Shown: in pieces, positions 1 through 10,126 of the stretch
Layout: each line of letters opens with the position of its first letter
How positions within the stretch are numbered: position 1 is the first letter of the stretch
Source of the DNA: Cenarchaeum sp.
GTDB taxonomy: Archaea; Thermoproteota; Nitrososphaeria; Nitrososphaerales; Nitrosopumilaceae
Direction of reading: 5' to 3'
Assembly (NCBI GenBank): GCA_965242695.1
Contig: CBDESU010000002.1
Span: forward strand, 288,001-352,000
DNA length: 64,000 nt
Made by a program: the position numbers and the translations under genes
Notes under the pieces: model-generated
The model's database searches: none
What the model saw: the letters and a program-made list of their open reading frames with translations, nothing else
What the model was told of the DNA's origin: nothing

Positions 1-1
1 C

Positions 2-364
2 GGCGGGGCGGCCGGCCAGGCCGGCGACGAGGCGCACCGGGAACGGGAGCGCAGCCCGCCGGCGATCGACGCGGCGTCCCCCGCGGCCCACGCCAACGGG
101 ACGCGCGTGGCGATCACCGACAGGATCGTCTACGGCACGACCGTGTCGCTGGCGTGGGACGCATACGGCGGGGCCAAGGGCCTGCTGTACGATGTCGTCG
201 CGGTGTCGGCCCGCGGCGGCGGGGAGGTAGCGGCATCGGCCATAGTAGATGGCACGTCCGGCCAGCTAGACGGCCTAGAGCCGAACACGCGCTACGAGAT
301 CAGCGTCGAGGTGCGCGGCGAGCCGGACACGCGCAGCACCGTGCTGGCAGCGACATGGGAGTGA
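2..364 (+). CDS. Fibronectin type III domain protein (5' partial)
   Basis: Frame open from the window edge; FN3 signature VSLAWD...YDV...LDGLEPNTRYEISVEV; paralog at 53413-54183. Confidence 0.75.
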   Translation, partial: GGAAGQAGDEAHRERERSPPAIDAASPAAHANGTRVAITDRIVYGTTVSLAWDAYGGAKGLLYDVVAVSARGGGEVAASAIVDGTSGQLDGLEPNTRYEISVEVRGEPDTRSTVLAATWE

Positions 365-462
365 GGCGGCGCGGGGCAGGGCCGTCCTGCCAGGCGGCGC
401 CCCTGCGGCCCCGCCCGGCGCCTAGGCCCGCGAGGCCCCGCGCCGCACGCAGGTGCAAACGC

Positions 463-467
463 TTTAA
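463..467 (+). promoter_or_regulatory. Archaeal TATA-like box
   Basis: TTTAA in a GC-rich context about 26-30 nt upstream of ATG 493. Confidence 0.45.
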
Positions 468-492
468 CGGGGCCCAGCCACAGGCGGAGGCA

Positions 493-2295
493 ATGGCGGC
501 GAAGGCCCCCACGTACAACGTTCTCCTCCCGGTGCGCAACGGGGAGGCGACCATCGAGACAACAATGGACAGCATCCTAGGCCAGTCTCTGCCCCCGTCG
601 GCCGTAAGCGTGGCAGAGGACGGCTCGACGGACGACACGGCCGCAATACTGGGGCGGTACGAGAAGGACTACCCCGGCACTGTCCGCGTAACACACACGG
701 GCAGCACGACGACGGACTTTACGCGAATCCCGCGGCTCCTCAACATGGGCCTGGACAGGAGGTACGACTACCACATGCTCGGCGCCGGCGACTGCGACTT
801 CGCGAGGGACTATGCGGAGATCATCGTGTCCAGAATGGAGTCCGATCCGTCCATAGCGGTGGCATCGGGCGACTACAACGACCCGCCCGCCCACGACCCG
901 CGCGGGGCGGGCCGGTTCGTCAGGCAGGCGTGGTTTTTTTCCGAGCGCGGCCGCTATCCGGAGATGGTCGGGTTCGAGCCGGAGACCGTGCTCAGGGCGA
1001 AGATGTCCGGCATGTCGGCCGCCGTCTACGCCGATGCCAGGTACGTCCACCTAGACAGGCTGGGCCACAGCCACAACTTTTCCGAGTTCGGGCACTCGAT
1101 GAGGGCGCTCGGGTACCATCCGCTGTACGCGCTCGGCAGGTGCGCCAAGTGCATGCTCGGCTCGGACATTCCGAGGAGGGGCGCGCTCAACATGCTGTGG
1201 CAGTACGCGGCGTACCGGCCCTCGGGCGGCTACTACTCGGCGTATCCGGCCGAGTTCCGCGCGGGCGTGCGCCGCATGCAGTCCGCGGCGATCAGGCGGG
1301 CGCTCGGCCTCGGCCTCCGCGCTAGCCGAGGCGGCGCGCCCGCATCGGAGAAGAGGCCGTTCACCGTGGTCGTGCCGTTCCGCGACACGCCCGCGGGCCG
1401 CGCCTTTGCCAAGAGGTCGCTCCCGTCGGCCGCCGCCCTGGGCCCCGACGAGATCGTCGTCGGCGTCGACGCCCCGGCCGCGCCCGGCCTGGAAGAGTTC
1501 CTGGCCGGCGCGGCGGCGGCGGCGGAGGGCGGCGGCGCGCGCCGCGTCCCGCTGCGCGCCGTGCCGGTGGAGCGCTCCGGCGAGTGGCGCATGCATGCCG
1601 CCCATGTGGTCCACGAGTGCCTTTCGCGGTGCCGCACCGATGCCGTCCTGCTGTACAACATCGACACCGTCCTGCGCCCTGGCGCGCTCGGCGGCCTCTC
1701 CGCCGTCGGCAGGGACGGCGTCTCGCTCGTCTCGTACGCCCTGCGCATGCGCACCGACAGCCCGGGCGCGCGCCTGCGGTACCTGGCGTACCGCGCGCGC
1801 TCGCGCGTGCGCGGCACGGCCAACTCGGGCATGTTCTGGCTGCACCTCCCAGACTACCGCTCCCGAATAGACCCCGCCGAATACGCAACCATAGCCAACG
1901 GCTTTGACACGTACATATTCGAGGCCATGGCGGCCGGCCCCGGCACCCGCGCAGTCACTGTCGGGACGCTCGGCGTCGACGCCATGGACCGCGAGAACGG
2001 CGATCTGGAGTGGAGGCAGTTCGGGTACGGCCTGTGGCTGTACGCGCGCCGGAGCCGGGCGGGCGGAGGGCGGGCATCGGCGCTGCGCGGCGCGGCGGCC
2101 ATCCTAAAGCACGCCGCGGTCAACTGCCACCCGTACAGCCTGAAGGGGTGGAACTGGGCAAGGTCCCACCCCGAGTCCGAGCCGGTCAGGATCGCCGCCA
2201 AGTCGGACTACATCGAGTGGACGACGTACCACGAGCCGGGGCAGGTTCGCAGCCTGGCCGACTGGCCCGAGAGAGGCACGGGGTTTGCCGGGTAG
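493..2295 (+). CDS. Two-domain GT2-family glycosyltransferase
   Basis: N-terminal VLLPVRNGEATI...EDGSTDDT GT-A motif; second GT-A-like domain FTVVVPF...; start placed at MAAKAP after the TATA box. Confidence 0.85.
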   Translation: MAAKAPTYNVLLPVRNGEATIETTMDSILGQSLPPSAVSVAEDGSTDDTAAILGRYEKDYPGTVRVTHTGSTTTDFTRIPRLLNMGLDRRYDYHMLGAGDCDFARDYAEIIVSRMESDPSIAVASGDYNDPPAHDPRGAGRFVRQAWFFSERGRYPEMVGFEPETVLRAKMSGMSAAVYADARYVHLDRLGHSHNFSEFGHSMRALGYHPLYALGRCAKCMLGSDIPRRGALNMLWQYAAYRPSGGYYSAYPAEFRAGVRRMQSAAIRRALGLGLRASRGGAPASEKRPFTVVVPFRDTPAGRAFAKRSLPSAAALGPDEIVVGVDAPAAPGLEEFLAGAAAAAEGGGARRVPLRAVPVERSGEWRMHAAHVVHECLSRCRTDAVLLYNIDTVLRPGALGGLSAVGRDGVSLVSYALRMRTDSPGARLRYLAYRARSRVRGTANSGMFWLHLPDYRSRIDPAEYATIANGFDTYIFEAMAAGPGTRAVTVGTLGVDAMDRENGDLEWRQFGYGLWLYARRSRAGGGRASALRGAAAILKHAAVNCHPYSLKGWNWARSHPESEPVRIAAKSDYIEWTTYHEPGQVRSLADWPERGTGFAG

Positions 2296-2450
2296 CGGCC
2301 AGCGGAAGGGCGTGGCATGGGGTGCGGGCGCCGTCCCCTAGCAGGACGGCCGCGGAACGGACGGCGGCGCCGGCCGCATCCCGCGGACCGTGAAAGCGAC
2401 AGAGTGCGGAGGCGCCGGGGCGTTGCCGCAACCTGCGCGCCGCCGCCCGA

Positions 2451-3599
2451 TCACGGCGGCGCCGGCCGCCCCTCGACAAGCGCGAGCATGCGGCGGTGGA
2501 ACTCTTCCTCGGCGAACCCCTTGGCATGCTCGCGCAGGCGCGGCAGGTACGAGTCGTACCGGCCGTCGGCGGCGGCGCGCACCTTTTCGGCCGCCTCTTC
2601 CTCCGTGTCGTACCGAAGCTCGCCAAACGGCACCGTCTCGACGTGCGCCGAGTTGTTTGGCACTATCGGAACGCAGCCGGCCGCGATCCCCTCCACCACG
2701 GATATGCCAAAGTCCTCGACGCAGGCGTGCAGGTACACCCTTGCCGCGCCGACGATCTCCTCCAGGCGGGGGCGCGCCGCATTGCGGTATAGCGAGACGT
2801 CCCCGCCCGCCTTGGCGGCGCCCCGCTCTATTGAGCGGAACACGCGCTCGTGCTCCGGCACCAGCGTGCCGCCGACAACGTCGAGCGGCACGCCGGCGGC
2901 CACCGCAATGCGGACGCTCGCATCGTGCATCTTGCGCTGATCGAACGTGCCGACCGTCGCGGCCCGCCTCGCCTTGGGCCCTCCCGCGCGCCGGGCCATC
3001 CCGCCCACGTCGACGGGCGGGTACACGGCCCCGTGCGCCGCGCGTCCGAACGCCCGCTCAATCCTGCCCCTTGCAAACTCCGAATTCGGGACAAGGACGA
3101 TCTTTGGGTCGGCCAGCTGCCCGATGCGCCTTGCCACGAGGCGCGCCCGTATGCGCGCCCTGACGCCCCTCTTGCGGCCCGCGGCATCCGGAAGATGCGA
3201 AAAGTAGGCCGTGTCCCCGGCGTAGTCGGGGTTGACTCCCGCGCCCGTGTGCGGCATCAGCTGCGAGTGGAAGTAGAACAGGACGCGATCGGCGCTGTTC
3301 CTTCCCATGAACACGCCCCAGTCCGAGACTATGATGACGTCGCTGTCCCCCGCCATGTCGAACAGCGGCTTGTGGTCCGTGTGCAGCACCGAGTACCGGC
3401 GGGCCAGCGGCGGCGTCGGCCGGCGGCGCCACCACGGGGGCACCTCCACGCGTATCCCCTCCGGCACCTCCGCGGGCGGCTTGAGCGTGTACAGTACAGT
3501 CTCGTGGTCCGTCCCGGCGAGCATGCGCAGCATCGACAGCGTGACGCGCTCGGCGCCGCCGCTGCTCATAAAGTAGCGCTCGATTACCCCGACCTTCAA
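2451..3599 (-). CDS. GT4-family glycosyltransferase
   Basis: GGAERV, VPNSEF, VYPPVD, EDFGISVVEGIAAGCVPIV motifs. Confidence 0.9.
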   Translation of the reverse strand: MKVGVIERYFMSSGGAERVTLSMLRMLAGTDHETVLYTLKPPAEVPEGIRVEVPPWWRRRPTPPLARRYSVLHTDHKPLFDMAGDSDVIIVSDWGVFMGRNSADRVLFYFHSQLMPHTGAGVNPDYAGDTAYFSHLPDAAGRKRGVRARIRARLVARRIGQLADPKIVLVPNSEFARGRIERAFGRAAHGAVYPPVDVGGMARRAGGPKARRAATVGTFDQRKMHDASVRIAVAAGVPLDVVGGTLVPEHERVFRSIERGAAKAGGDVSLYRNAARPRLEEIVGAARVYLHACVEDFGISVVEGIAAGCVPIVPNNSAHVETVPFGELRYDTEEEAAEKVRAAADGRYDSYLPRLREHAKGFAEEEFHRRMLALVEGRPAPP

Positions 3600-3693
3600 G
3601 GCCGTCCGCCTCTCCCTTCGCCCGTGGGCATGCCCAAGTGCATGCGACGCCCCCTGCGCAACGGTATATTAGGAATTGCGGGCGCCCTAGCTC

Positions 3694-4785
3694 GTGGCGG
3701 CCGCGTCCAACGCTGGCAAGGTATCCATACTCATACCGGTGTACAACCGGGCAGACTTGGTCGGGCAGGCCATCGACTCGGCACTAGCCCAGACATACCC
3801 CGACAAGGAGATAATCGTGGTAGACGACTGCTCGACGGACGGCACGGCGGCCGCGCTCGATCGGTACGGCGGCCGCATCACCGTCGTCAGGCGCAGCGAG
3901 AACGGCGGAATAGGGGCCGCGCTGAGCACCGGACTGGCCGCATCCGCGGGCCGGTGGATAAAGCGGTGCGACTCGGACGACGTGCTGTATCCGAACGCCG
4001 TGCGCGACCTGCTCGACGCCCACTCTAGGCTCGGCCCCGGCGAGAAGACGATGCCGTTCATGAGCGCAGGCACGGCCGACGGCCGAACGTACCCGTACCG
4101 GCCAGGCCCCATGATCAACCGGCTTGACGCGTTCGGGCAGGCCGTCCTAGTCCTTGACGGGTACTTTATGCACCACGGGACGTGCATCTTTCCCCGGTCC
4201 ATACTAGACCGCATGCCGTACAACCCGGGCTACAGGTGCTCCGAGGACTGGGACCTCGACCTGCGGCTGGTGCTCGCCGGGTACCGCCTGCGCCACATCG
4301 AGCGGCCCGTCTACGGGTGGCGGATGCACAGCGGCCAGCTCTCCCGGACGGACATGGCGCGGAAAGAGTACAACGCGGCGCACCGCCGATCCATAGGCAG
4401 GGAGTTTGCCCTGATGGACGCCGGGCGCAGGAAGCTGCTGCGCGGCGCCCTAGCAAGGTACCAGAGGCGCAGAAGGTACCTGCGCGGCAAGTGGGTGGCG
4501 GCAAACCCGTCCATGCTGCAGGACCTGCGGCAGGGCCCTCGCGGCAGGCTGGCCGGCTCGTTCCTCGGCAAGATCGTCCGCAGCCAACCGCTCGCATGGG
4601 CGGCCCGGCGCTCGATCCACCAGCGATCCGCGCGGTACTTGGCAGGCGCGGCGGCTTGGTACGCCGGGAAGAGGGGAGAGAATTGGCGCGGCTCGGGCCT
4701 GCGCGGCCTGAGCTACAACGATGTCCAGTACGGCATCTGCGTCGACGACGCCCTGCCGGCGCATGTAGGGGACGGAGCGACATGA
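3694..4785 (+). CDS. GT2-family glycosyltransferase
   Basis: VSILIPVYN, IIVVDDCSTD, DSDD, SEDWDL motifs. Confidence 0.9.
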   Translation: MAAASNAGKVSILIPVYNRADLVGQAIDSALAQTYPDKEIIVVDDCSTDGTAAALDRYGGRITVVRRSENGGIGAALSTGLAASAGRWIKRCDSDDVLYPNAVRDLLDAHSRLGPGEKTMPFMSAGTADGRTYPYRPGPMINRLDAFGQAVLVLDGYFMHHGTCIFPRSILDRMPYNPGYRCSEDWDLDLRLVLAGYRLRHIERPVYGWRMHSGQLSRTDMARKEYNAAHRRSIGREFALMDAGRRKLLRGALARYQRRRRYLRGKWVAANPSMLQDLRQGPRGRLAGSFLGKIVRSQPLAWAARRSIHQRSARYLAGAAAWYAGKRGENWRGSGLRGLSYNDVQYGICVDDALPAHVGDGAT

Positions 4786-4879
4786 CAGTTGGGCGGGGGC
4801 AGGGCGGGCCTCTCCAATGACGTGAGCATGTTTGAAGACCCGGTGCAGGCGGCATGACCTGTCGGCGGGGGGGCGGGCC

Positions 4880-5767
4880 TCAGGGCCGCCGCCCCGGCAG
4901 GGCCGCGAACAGCCTCGAGTATGATCCGTGCGTGCCGATATCCATGCGGTGCTCACCGTCGCCGAGCAGGACGCCGACGGCCGTCCGGCCGTCCTTGATG
5001 GCAAGTCGGAACGCCTCGGCGAGGCGCGCCCCGGGCGGCACATCGGCGGCTGCATCCAGGTACCCAAAGATCGACGGCCTGAACATGTAGATGGCCACGA
5101 TGGCATGCCTAGACGCCGGGCGGGCCGGTTTTTCGCGCACGGCCCTGACGTCTACGACACCCCCTCCCATGTCGGGCCCCTCTACCACTCCGTACTGCGA
5201 CGGATCGTCGACGTCCTCGAGCAGGAACGCAATGTCGGCGCCGTTCCCCTCAAACGCCTCTTCCAGCCGACGCAGGTGGCCGGCACCCTCGGACACGACT
5301 ATATCGTCGCCGGCGTGCAGGATGAACGGCTCGCCGTCGCCGCGGTCCATCATGCCCCTCCCCCTCGAGACCGCATCGCCAAAGCCTAGCGGTCCCGGCT
5401 GCCGGACAAACGCGATATTCGAGCCGGCCAGCATATCCTCGTACCGCTGCGCCTCGGCGGCCAGGCCTTCCAAGCCCTGCTCCCTGAGGCGCGCCGGCGC
5501 GCCGGGATCCGGCGTAAAATGCCCCTCGACGGCGCCCTTTGACCGCCCCGTCACAAGGCAGTACTCGCGCACTCCGTGCGCGTAGAGACTCTCGAATATT
5601 ACCTGCAGGGCAGGCTTGAGCAGGACGGGGCCTCCCGGGCCGCCCGGCGCCTCTGGAAGCGGCAGCCCGGCCGGCACCGGAAGGAGCTCCTTTGGCACCT
5701 CCCTGGACACGGGATGCAGCCGCGTGCCAGAGCCGGCCACCGTAAGCAGGCACCGCCTCGCTCCCAT
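4880..5767 (-). CDS. Sugar-phosphate nucleotidyltransferase (GalU/RmlA-like)
   Basis: AGSGTRLHP...PKELLP, RQPGPLGFGDAV, YGVV, EKP, DIGT motifs; start at MGARR after a TTAAAT box. Confidence 0.9.
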   Translation of the reverse strand: MGARRCLLTVAGSGTRLHPVSREVPKELLPVPAGLPLPEAPGGPGGPVLLKPALQVIFESLYAHGVREYCLVTGRSKGAVEGHFTPDPGAPARLREQGLEGLAAEAQRYEDMLAGSNIAFVRQPGPLGFGDAVSRGRGMMDRGDGEPFILHAGDDIVVSEGAGHLRRLEEAFEGNGADIAFLLEDVDDPSQYGVVEGPDMGGGVVDVRAVREKPARPASRHAIVAIYMFRPSIFGYLDAAADVPPGARLAEAFRLAIKDGRTAVGVLLGDGEHRMDIGTHGSYSRLFAALPGRRP

Positions 5768-5975
5768 GCGTCCGGGCGGGGGAAGCCCCAATTTAAGGGC
5801 GCGGGCGCCGGTTGCAGGATGCCGGCTCGATGCGGCAAGGCGAGCCCAAAGGCCGTGATCCCTGCCTGCAAACCCGTCGGCGTCGCCATGGCACGCAAGG
5901 TGCGGCGGCGGCCGCGCTCGCCATTGTGTCGCCGTATCGCATCTGCCGTCTCGCCCGCGCCGCCGGTAGCCGGGA

Positions 5976-6836
5976 TCATCCCCCGTAGTGCCCATGCAGC
6001 CGCGCCACGACGGATTCGGGCCGGTGCGCCTCTGGAAGCCCCTCCAGCTTGTCTAGGTTGTGGTCGACCACCTTTAGCCCCATCGCGAGCGCCTGCAACC
6101 CCGTCGTGCTCAGCGCCGCCATTACCTTGCCGATCGGCAGCCATTTTATGTCGATATAGTACTCGTACCCGGAGAGAAAGGCCGGCATGTCGGGGTACGA
6201 AACCGGGGACTCGTTCGTGTCGTGGACGGTGCAGTCTAGGCCGGCGCCGGCGTCTTTGAGCAGCCCCAGCTTGACCTCGCGTGGCTCGTCACGTATGACA
6301 AAGTAGACGGCCCTGCCGTTGCGGGCCGGCGGACCGGCCGGCGCAAAGAGGTCCGTGTCGACCGGGTTTGGAAGCCACTCGTGCCCCCCGTACTCGCATA
6401 GGTCGGGGGTGCTGACGAGCACCCTGTCCGCGTGCCGATCGTGCTCGTCCCTGTACGCCGGGTTCATATCCCTGAGATTGTCGCCGTGGTGGTGCAATAT
6501 GATCCTCTTGCCGGGGTGCCTTCTCCTGAGCACGGTGACCAGCTCGGGGCTACCGCCGTGCACGTGCAATACGTCGTATCCGGGAGCCATTCTGCTCAGA
6601 ATGTCCTCGAACCGCACCGCCACGGCAATCCGCCTCGTCGCGCCGGCCCGCCACAGGGGCGAGTACCGCCACGGCACGCGGCGCCACTCGTCTGACCCAT
6701 AGTACGAGGCGATCCCGTGCGGCAGGCCGAGCGCCCTTGTGACCACGTCGGCGCGGCACAGCCCGCTCCTGTTCTGGTACTTTGCCAGTATGTAGGGAAT
6801 GCCAGAGGCATCGCCTATGTGTAGCACGCGCAGCAC
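5976..6836 (-). CDS. GT4-like (GT-B) glycosyltransferase
   Basis: RVLHIG, YDVLHVH, ILHHHG, LPNPVDTDLF, GLQALAMG motifs. Confidence 0.75.
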   Translation of the reverse strand: MLRVLHIGDASGIPYILAKYQNRSGLCRADVVTRALGLPHGIASYYGSDEWRRVPWRYSPLWRAGATRRIAVAVRFEDILSRMAPGYDVLHVHGGSPELVTVLRRRHPGKRIILHHHGDNLRDMNPAYRDEHDRHADRVLVSTPDLCEYGGHEWLPNPVDTDLFAPAGPPARNGRAVYFVIRDEPREVKLGLLKDAGAGLDCTVHDTNESPVSYPDMPAFLSGYEYYIDIKWLPIGKVMAALSTTGLQALAMGLKVVDHNLDKLEGLPEAHRPESVVARLHGHYGG

Positions 6837-7365
6837 GGCGCCCCCCTCCGCGGGCGCTAGTTATAGATTGGCCGCCCCGTGGCGGAGCATCGTCACTGCC
6901 CTCCCCTGCACCGCGCGGCAACGCGGCGCAGGGAATCATGACGGGCATGCCCCGGTCAAAGCAAATGTTAGACCACAGGAGCGTCAACGCGGGGCGCACT
7001 TGCCAAGACAGAGGGCGGGGCAACGGCCCTGACGGCGGCTGAGCGTGGGTCAAATCTGCCCACATCCGACAAGCGGCGCCCCCATCTACGCCTTGACGCT
7101 GCACCGTGGCAAACCTGACGCGCGCGGGGCGCTGCACCCCGCGATCGCATCCCCTCCCCCTTCCATCCCACACGCACGGTCTCGGCTTAACAGTGGCCAA
7201 CCCACCCGTCATTCTCCGCGCGCTAGGGGCGCGGCACATCCCGGCGGAGAGCCCCGCGGAGGTGCCGCGGGCCAGCGCTGTGGAGATACCAGATAGGATG
7301 GCAGAAGGACGCAGACGGCAGGCGCCCCAACAGGCCGAGCCCCGCGGCCGGCGCCGCGGGTAGGA

Positions 7366-8262
7366 CTACAGCCCGTCGTTCCTGATCCTGTGGTACGACC
7401 TGACCACGCCCCTGGCCGCGCTCTCGGGCACGCATGCGAACAGGGCCCTGTGCGCCGCCACCCTTACCCTGTCGGAGAGGGGGCCGCGCGGCATCCTCAC
7501 CCGGGCCGCTGCCTCGACGTACCTCCCGCGCAGGTCCGCGGGCAGCTGGTCCAGCACCATCGACCTGATCCGGTCGTTCTTGGCCTCTATCTCGCCGGCG
7601 CGCGTCTGCGTCAGCTGCGACGGGTGCACCCGGGACACGGATATGTTGCGCGGGACCAGGTGCATGCCGCAGCCGTGCAGTAGGCAGCACCTCAGCCAGA
7701 ACTCATAGTCCTCGGCAAACCCGATCCCCTCGTTGAACGGCCCGCACCTCTCGAAGACCGACCTGTGGAACATGCTGGTGTTGCCGTTGCCGTAAAAGTG
7801 GTGCAGCAGTATGGCGTTGCGCTCAAAGTCGGTCTTGCCGTTGTGGTCCGGCTCTATGCTCCTGAGCCGGCCGGCCCTCCCGCCGCGCTCGTCGACAAAG
7901 TCGTACCTTGCGTAGAAGATGCGGTCGGCCGGCCAGCCGAGCGATCGCGCCGCCCCCGCAAGTGCGTCCACGGCGTGTGGCCTTAGCGCATCGTCGGCGC
8001 TGAGCCACTTGAACCAGTCGCCGCGCATCTGGCGGTAGCCGTGGTTGAGCGCGGATGCGGTCCCCCCGTTGGGCTTGCGAAAGACGCGGATGCGGTCGGC
8101 GTACCCGTCGAGTATCTCTGGGGAAGAGTCGGTCGAGCCGTCGTCGACGGCTATTATCTCTGTGTTGGGATAGGTCTGGTCGAGCGCGGAGCGGATGCAC
8201 TCGTCGAGGTACGGCTCGGCGTTGTACACGGGGATGACGATGGAGACCTTCACGCACGGCAC
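7366..8262 (-). CDS. GT2-family glycosyltransferase
   Basis: VSIVIPVYNAEPYL, VDDGSTD, LSADD, AEDYEFW motifs. Confidence 0.92.
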   Translation of the reverse strand: MPCVKVSIVIPVYNAEPYLDECIRSALDQTYPNTEIIAVDDGSTDSSPEILDGYADRIRVFRKPNGGTASALNHGYRQMRGDWFKWLSADDALRPHAVDALAGAARSLGWPADRIFYARYDFVDERGGRAGRLRSIEPDHNGKTDFERNAILLHHFYGNGNTSMFHRSVFERCGPFNEGIGFAEDYEFWLRCCLLHGCGMHLVPRNISVSRVHPSQLTQTRAGEIEAKNDRIRSMVLDQLPADLRGRYVEAAARVRMPRGPLSDRVRVAAHRALFACVPESAARGVVRSYHRIRNDGL

Positions 8263-8403
8263 CTCCCTGAACTATTGAGCGGCGAGGGAAGGGGCGCGAA
8301 CGGGCATCGCAGGCGGCCGGATGCACCCCCGGTGCGGGCGGGAGCGTTGCGAAGGACTGGCAACCATGTCGTAGCGCTGGACAACACTACAGGGAGGGCG
8401 AGG

Positions 8404-8505
8404 GTGGCTGTAGGGAGACGGTGCGGAGGGGTCAGCACGCAGTGCACAGGTACACCATGCACGCGCCGATCAGGAGTGGCTGTAGGGAGACGGTGCGGAG
8501 GGGTC
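8404..8505. repeat. Two identical 30-bp direct repeats, 72-bp period
   Basis: GTGGCTGTAGGGAGACGGTGCGGAGGGGTC at 8404-8433 and 8476-8505. Confidence 0.85.
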
Positions 8506-8639
8506 TGCATGGATGCCCGGAGGCCGAGGCGGTCCCCAAGGATGCGGACAGGATCACCGCCGGGCATGTGGGGCATTGGCAGGTGCATGCCGTCGCAGGT
8601 CGGGAAGGCCATGCATGGACGGCGGTGATGGCCCATATA

Positions 8640-9065
8640 AGGGCGACAGGTTAGGAGATGGGAGGGCTCGGCAGGGCACCCACCAATACGGCAGGCTTGG
8701 GCCTAGCGAACTCTATGCCGCGTGCCGTGCCAGTGGGTACGGCGGTGGAGGATGACCGTACGACCTTGGCACACGAAGGCGGTGATACGGAACAGCACCT
8801 TCACCACCATGCCAATCTCGCCTCACTCGCCCCCGCCCCGGTTTTTTCATAGGTGCACGCCGCATCGCAGGGCGCTTCGTAGGTGGGGGCATCAGCCACT
8901 CTGTGCCCCCCCCCCCCCCGCAAAGACGACGTCGTGCGGCGGCTCGATGGAGCGCAGGACTGCGTCGTGGTAGGTGCGATCTAGTGCCTTGAGGCGAGAC
9001 GTGTGGACATATTCGCCGCCGCCGAGCCTGTGGCTCTGGTGGACGACGACAATCTTCACAACCAT
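8640..9065 (-). pseudogene. Decayed GT4 glycosyltransferase fragment
   Basis: MVVKIVVVHQSHRLGGGEYVH...HDAVLRSIEPP resembles the N-terminus of the GT4 at 2451-3599; frame ends just after a long G/C homopolymer near 8906-8919; the lower boundary is approximate. Confidence 0.45.
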
Positions 9066-9316
9066 GCCTTGAGGCGAGGGTCTATGACTTCCATGTCGCG
9101 GCCGGCGCCACCTCGTCGACCGTATGCTGGCCTCAGCAGGCTGCAATGCCACCACGGCTAGCCTTTGTAATGCAACCGTGCTCCCGATAGGCGGCAATGC
9201 CCCTGCCGCCATGCAACGGGTTTGGTACGCAACTCTATCCAGCACGCGCCAGTGCCTCCACGAGTGCGGGGCAGGGGCAACCAATGCTAATATACGCTCG
9301 GCAGGCCCCGCCGCGC

Positions 9317-10126
9317 GTGCTTGACAACGGCAAGTGGGACTACCCAAAGGTGGTCCTGTACTGCCAGATCGGCAAGGCCACGGACATGCTAGACTTCTCC
9401 TTGGGCCAGGCCGTCGCCAACGCGGGGATGCCCAAGGAGGACTATGACATCGTATTCGTGTGCTGGCGCACCTCGGAAGAGGTCTACGACTACCTCAGGG
9501 CGAGGAACTACAAGTACGTCGACATGGAGCACGACGCCGACAAGGACTTTTTGTGGAACCTGTACAAGGGCTGGAACTTTGGGTACGAGATTGGGTACAG
9601 ACATGCCGACTACGTGTGCCCCATCGCCACCGACCACGCCTTCTATAGGGACTGGCTCAAGAACCTCTACTCCTGGGCCGCCCCCAACCGCATCGTCAAC
9701 TGCAGGCTCATTGAGCCCGGCACGCTGCCGTCCCTGCACACAACCAGGAACCTCGGCCTCACCCTGCCCGACGAGTTCGACGCGGCGGGGTTCGAGGAGC
9801 TAGCCTCCGAGGTGCACAGGGACGAGATGGCCACCGACGAGGCCGCCTACGGGCACCGCTTTGATGCGATGCCGTTCGTCTGCCCGCGCGACGTATGGGA
9901 CAGGTTCGGCCCGATGCGGCCGACGCTCACCGACGACGGCATCACTGGCGACACGGACTTTTTCGACCGCTGCCGCGCAGGCGGCGTCGAGATTACAAAG
10001 GCCCTCAACGCGATCAGCTACCACTGCGGAGGGCTTGAGACGAGGCGGAACGAGCCAGAGGCCGCCGCCCCGCCCCCACGCGCCGGCGCGGCCCAGAAGC
10101 TGCTAGGGAGGCTGAAGAGGCGTTGA
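9317..10126 (+). CDS. GT2-like glycosyltransferase
   Basis: GT-A-like pattern (NLYKGWN, IATDHAF, GDTDFF, YH) similar to the C-terminal domain of 12406-14634; GTG start after TAATATA (9288-9294). Confidence 0.7.
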   Translation: MLDNGKWDYPKVVLYCQIGKATDMLDFSLGQAVANAGMPKEDYDIVFVCWRTSEEVYDYLRARNYKYVDMEHDADKDFLWNLYKGWNFGYEIGYRHADYVCPIATDHAFYRDWLKNLYSWAAPNRIVNCRLIEPGTLPSLHTTRNLGLTLPDEFDAAGFEELASEVHRDEMATDEAAYGHRFDAMPFVCPRDVWDRFGPMRPTLTDDGITGDTDFFDRCRAGGVEITKALNAISYHCGGLETRRNEPEAAAPPPRAGAAQKLLGRLKRR

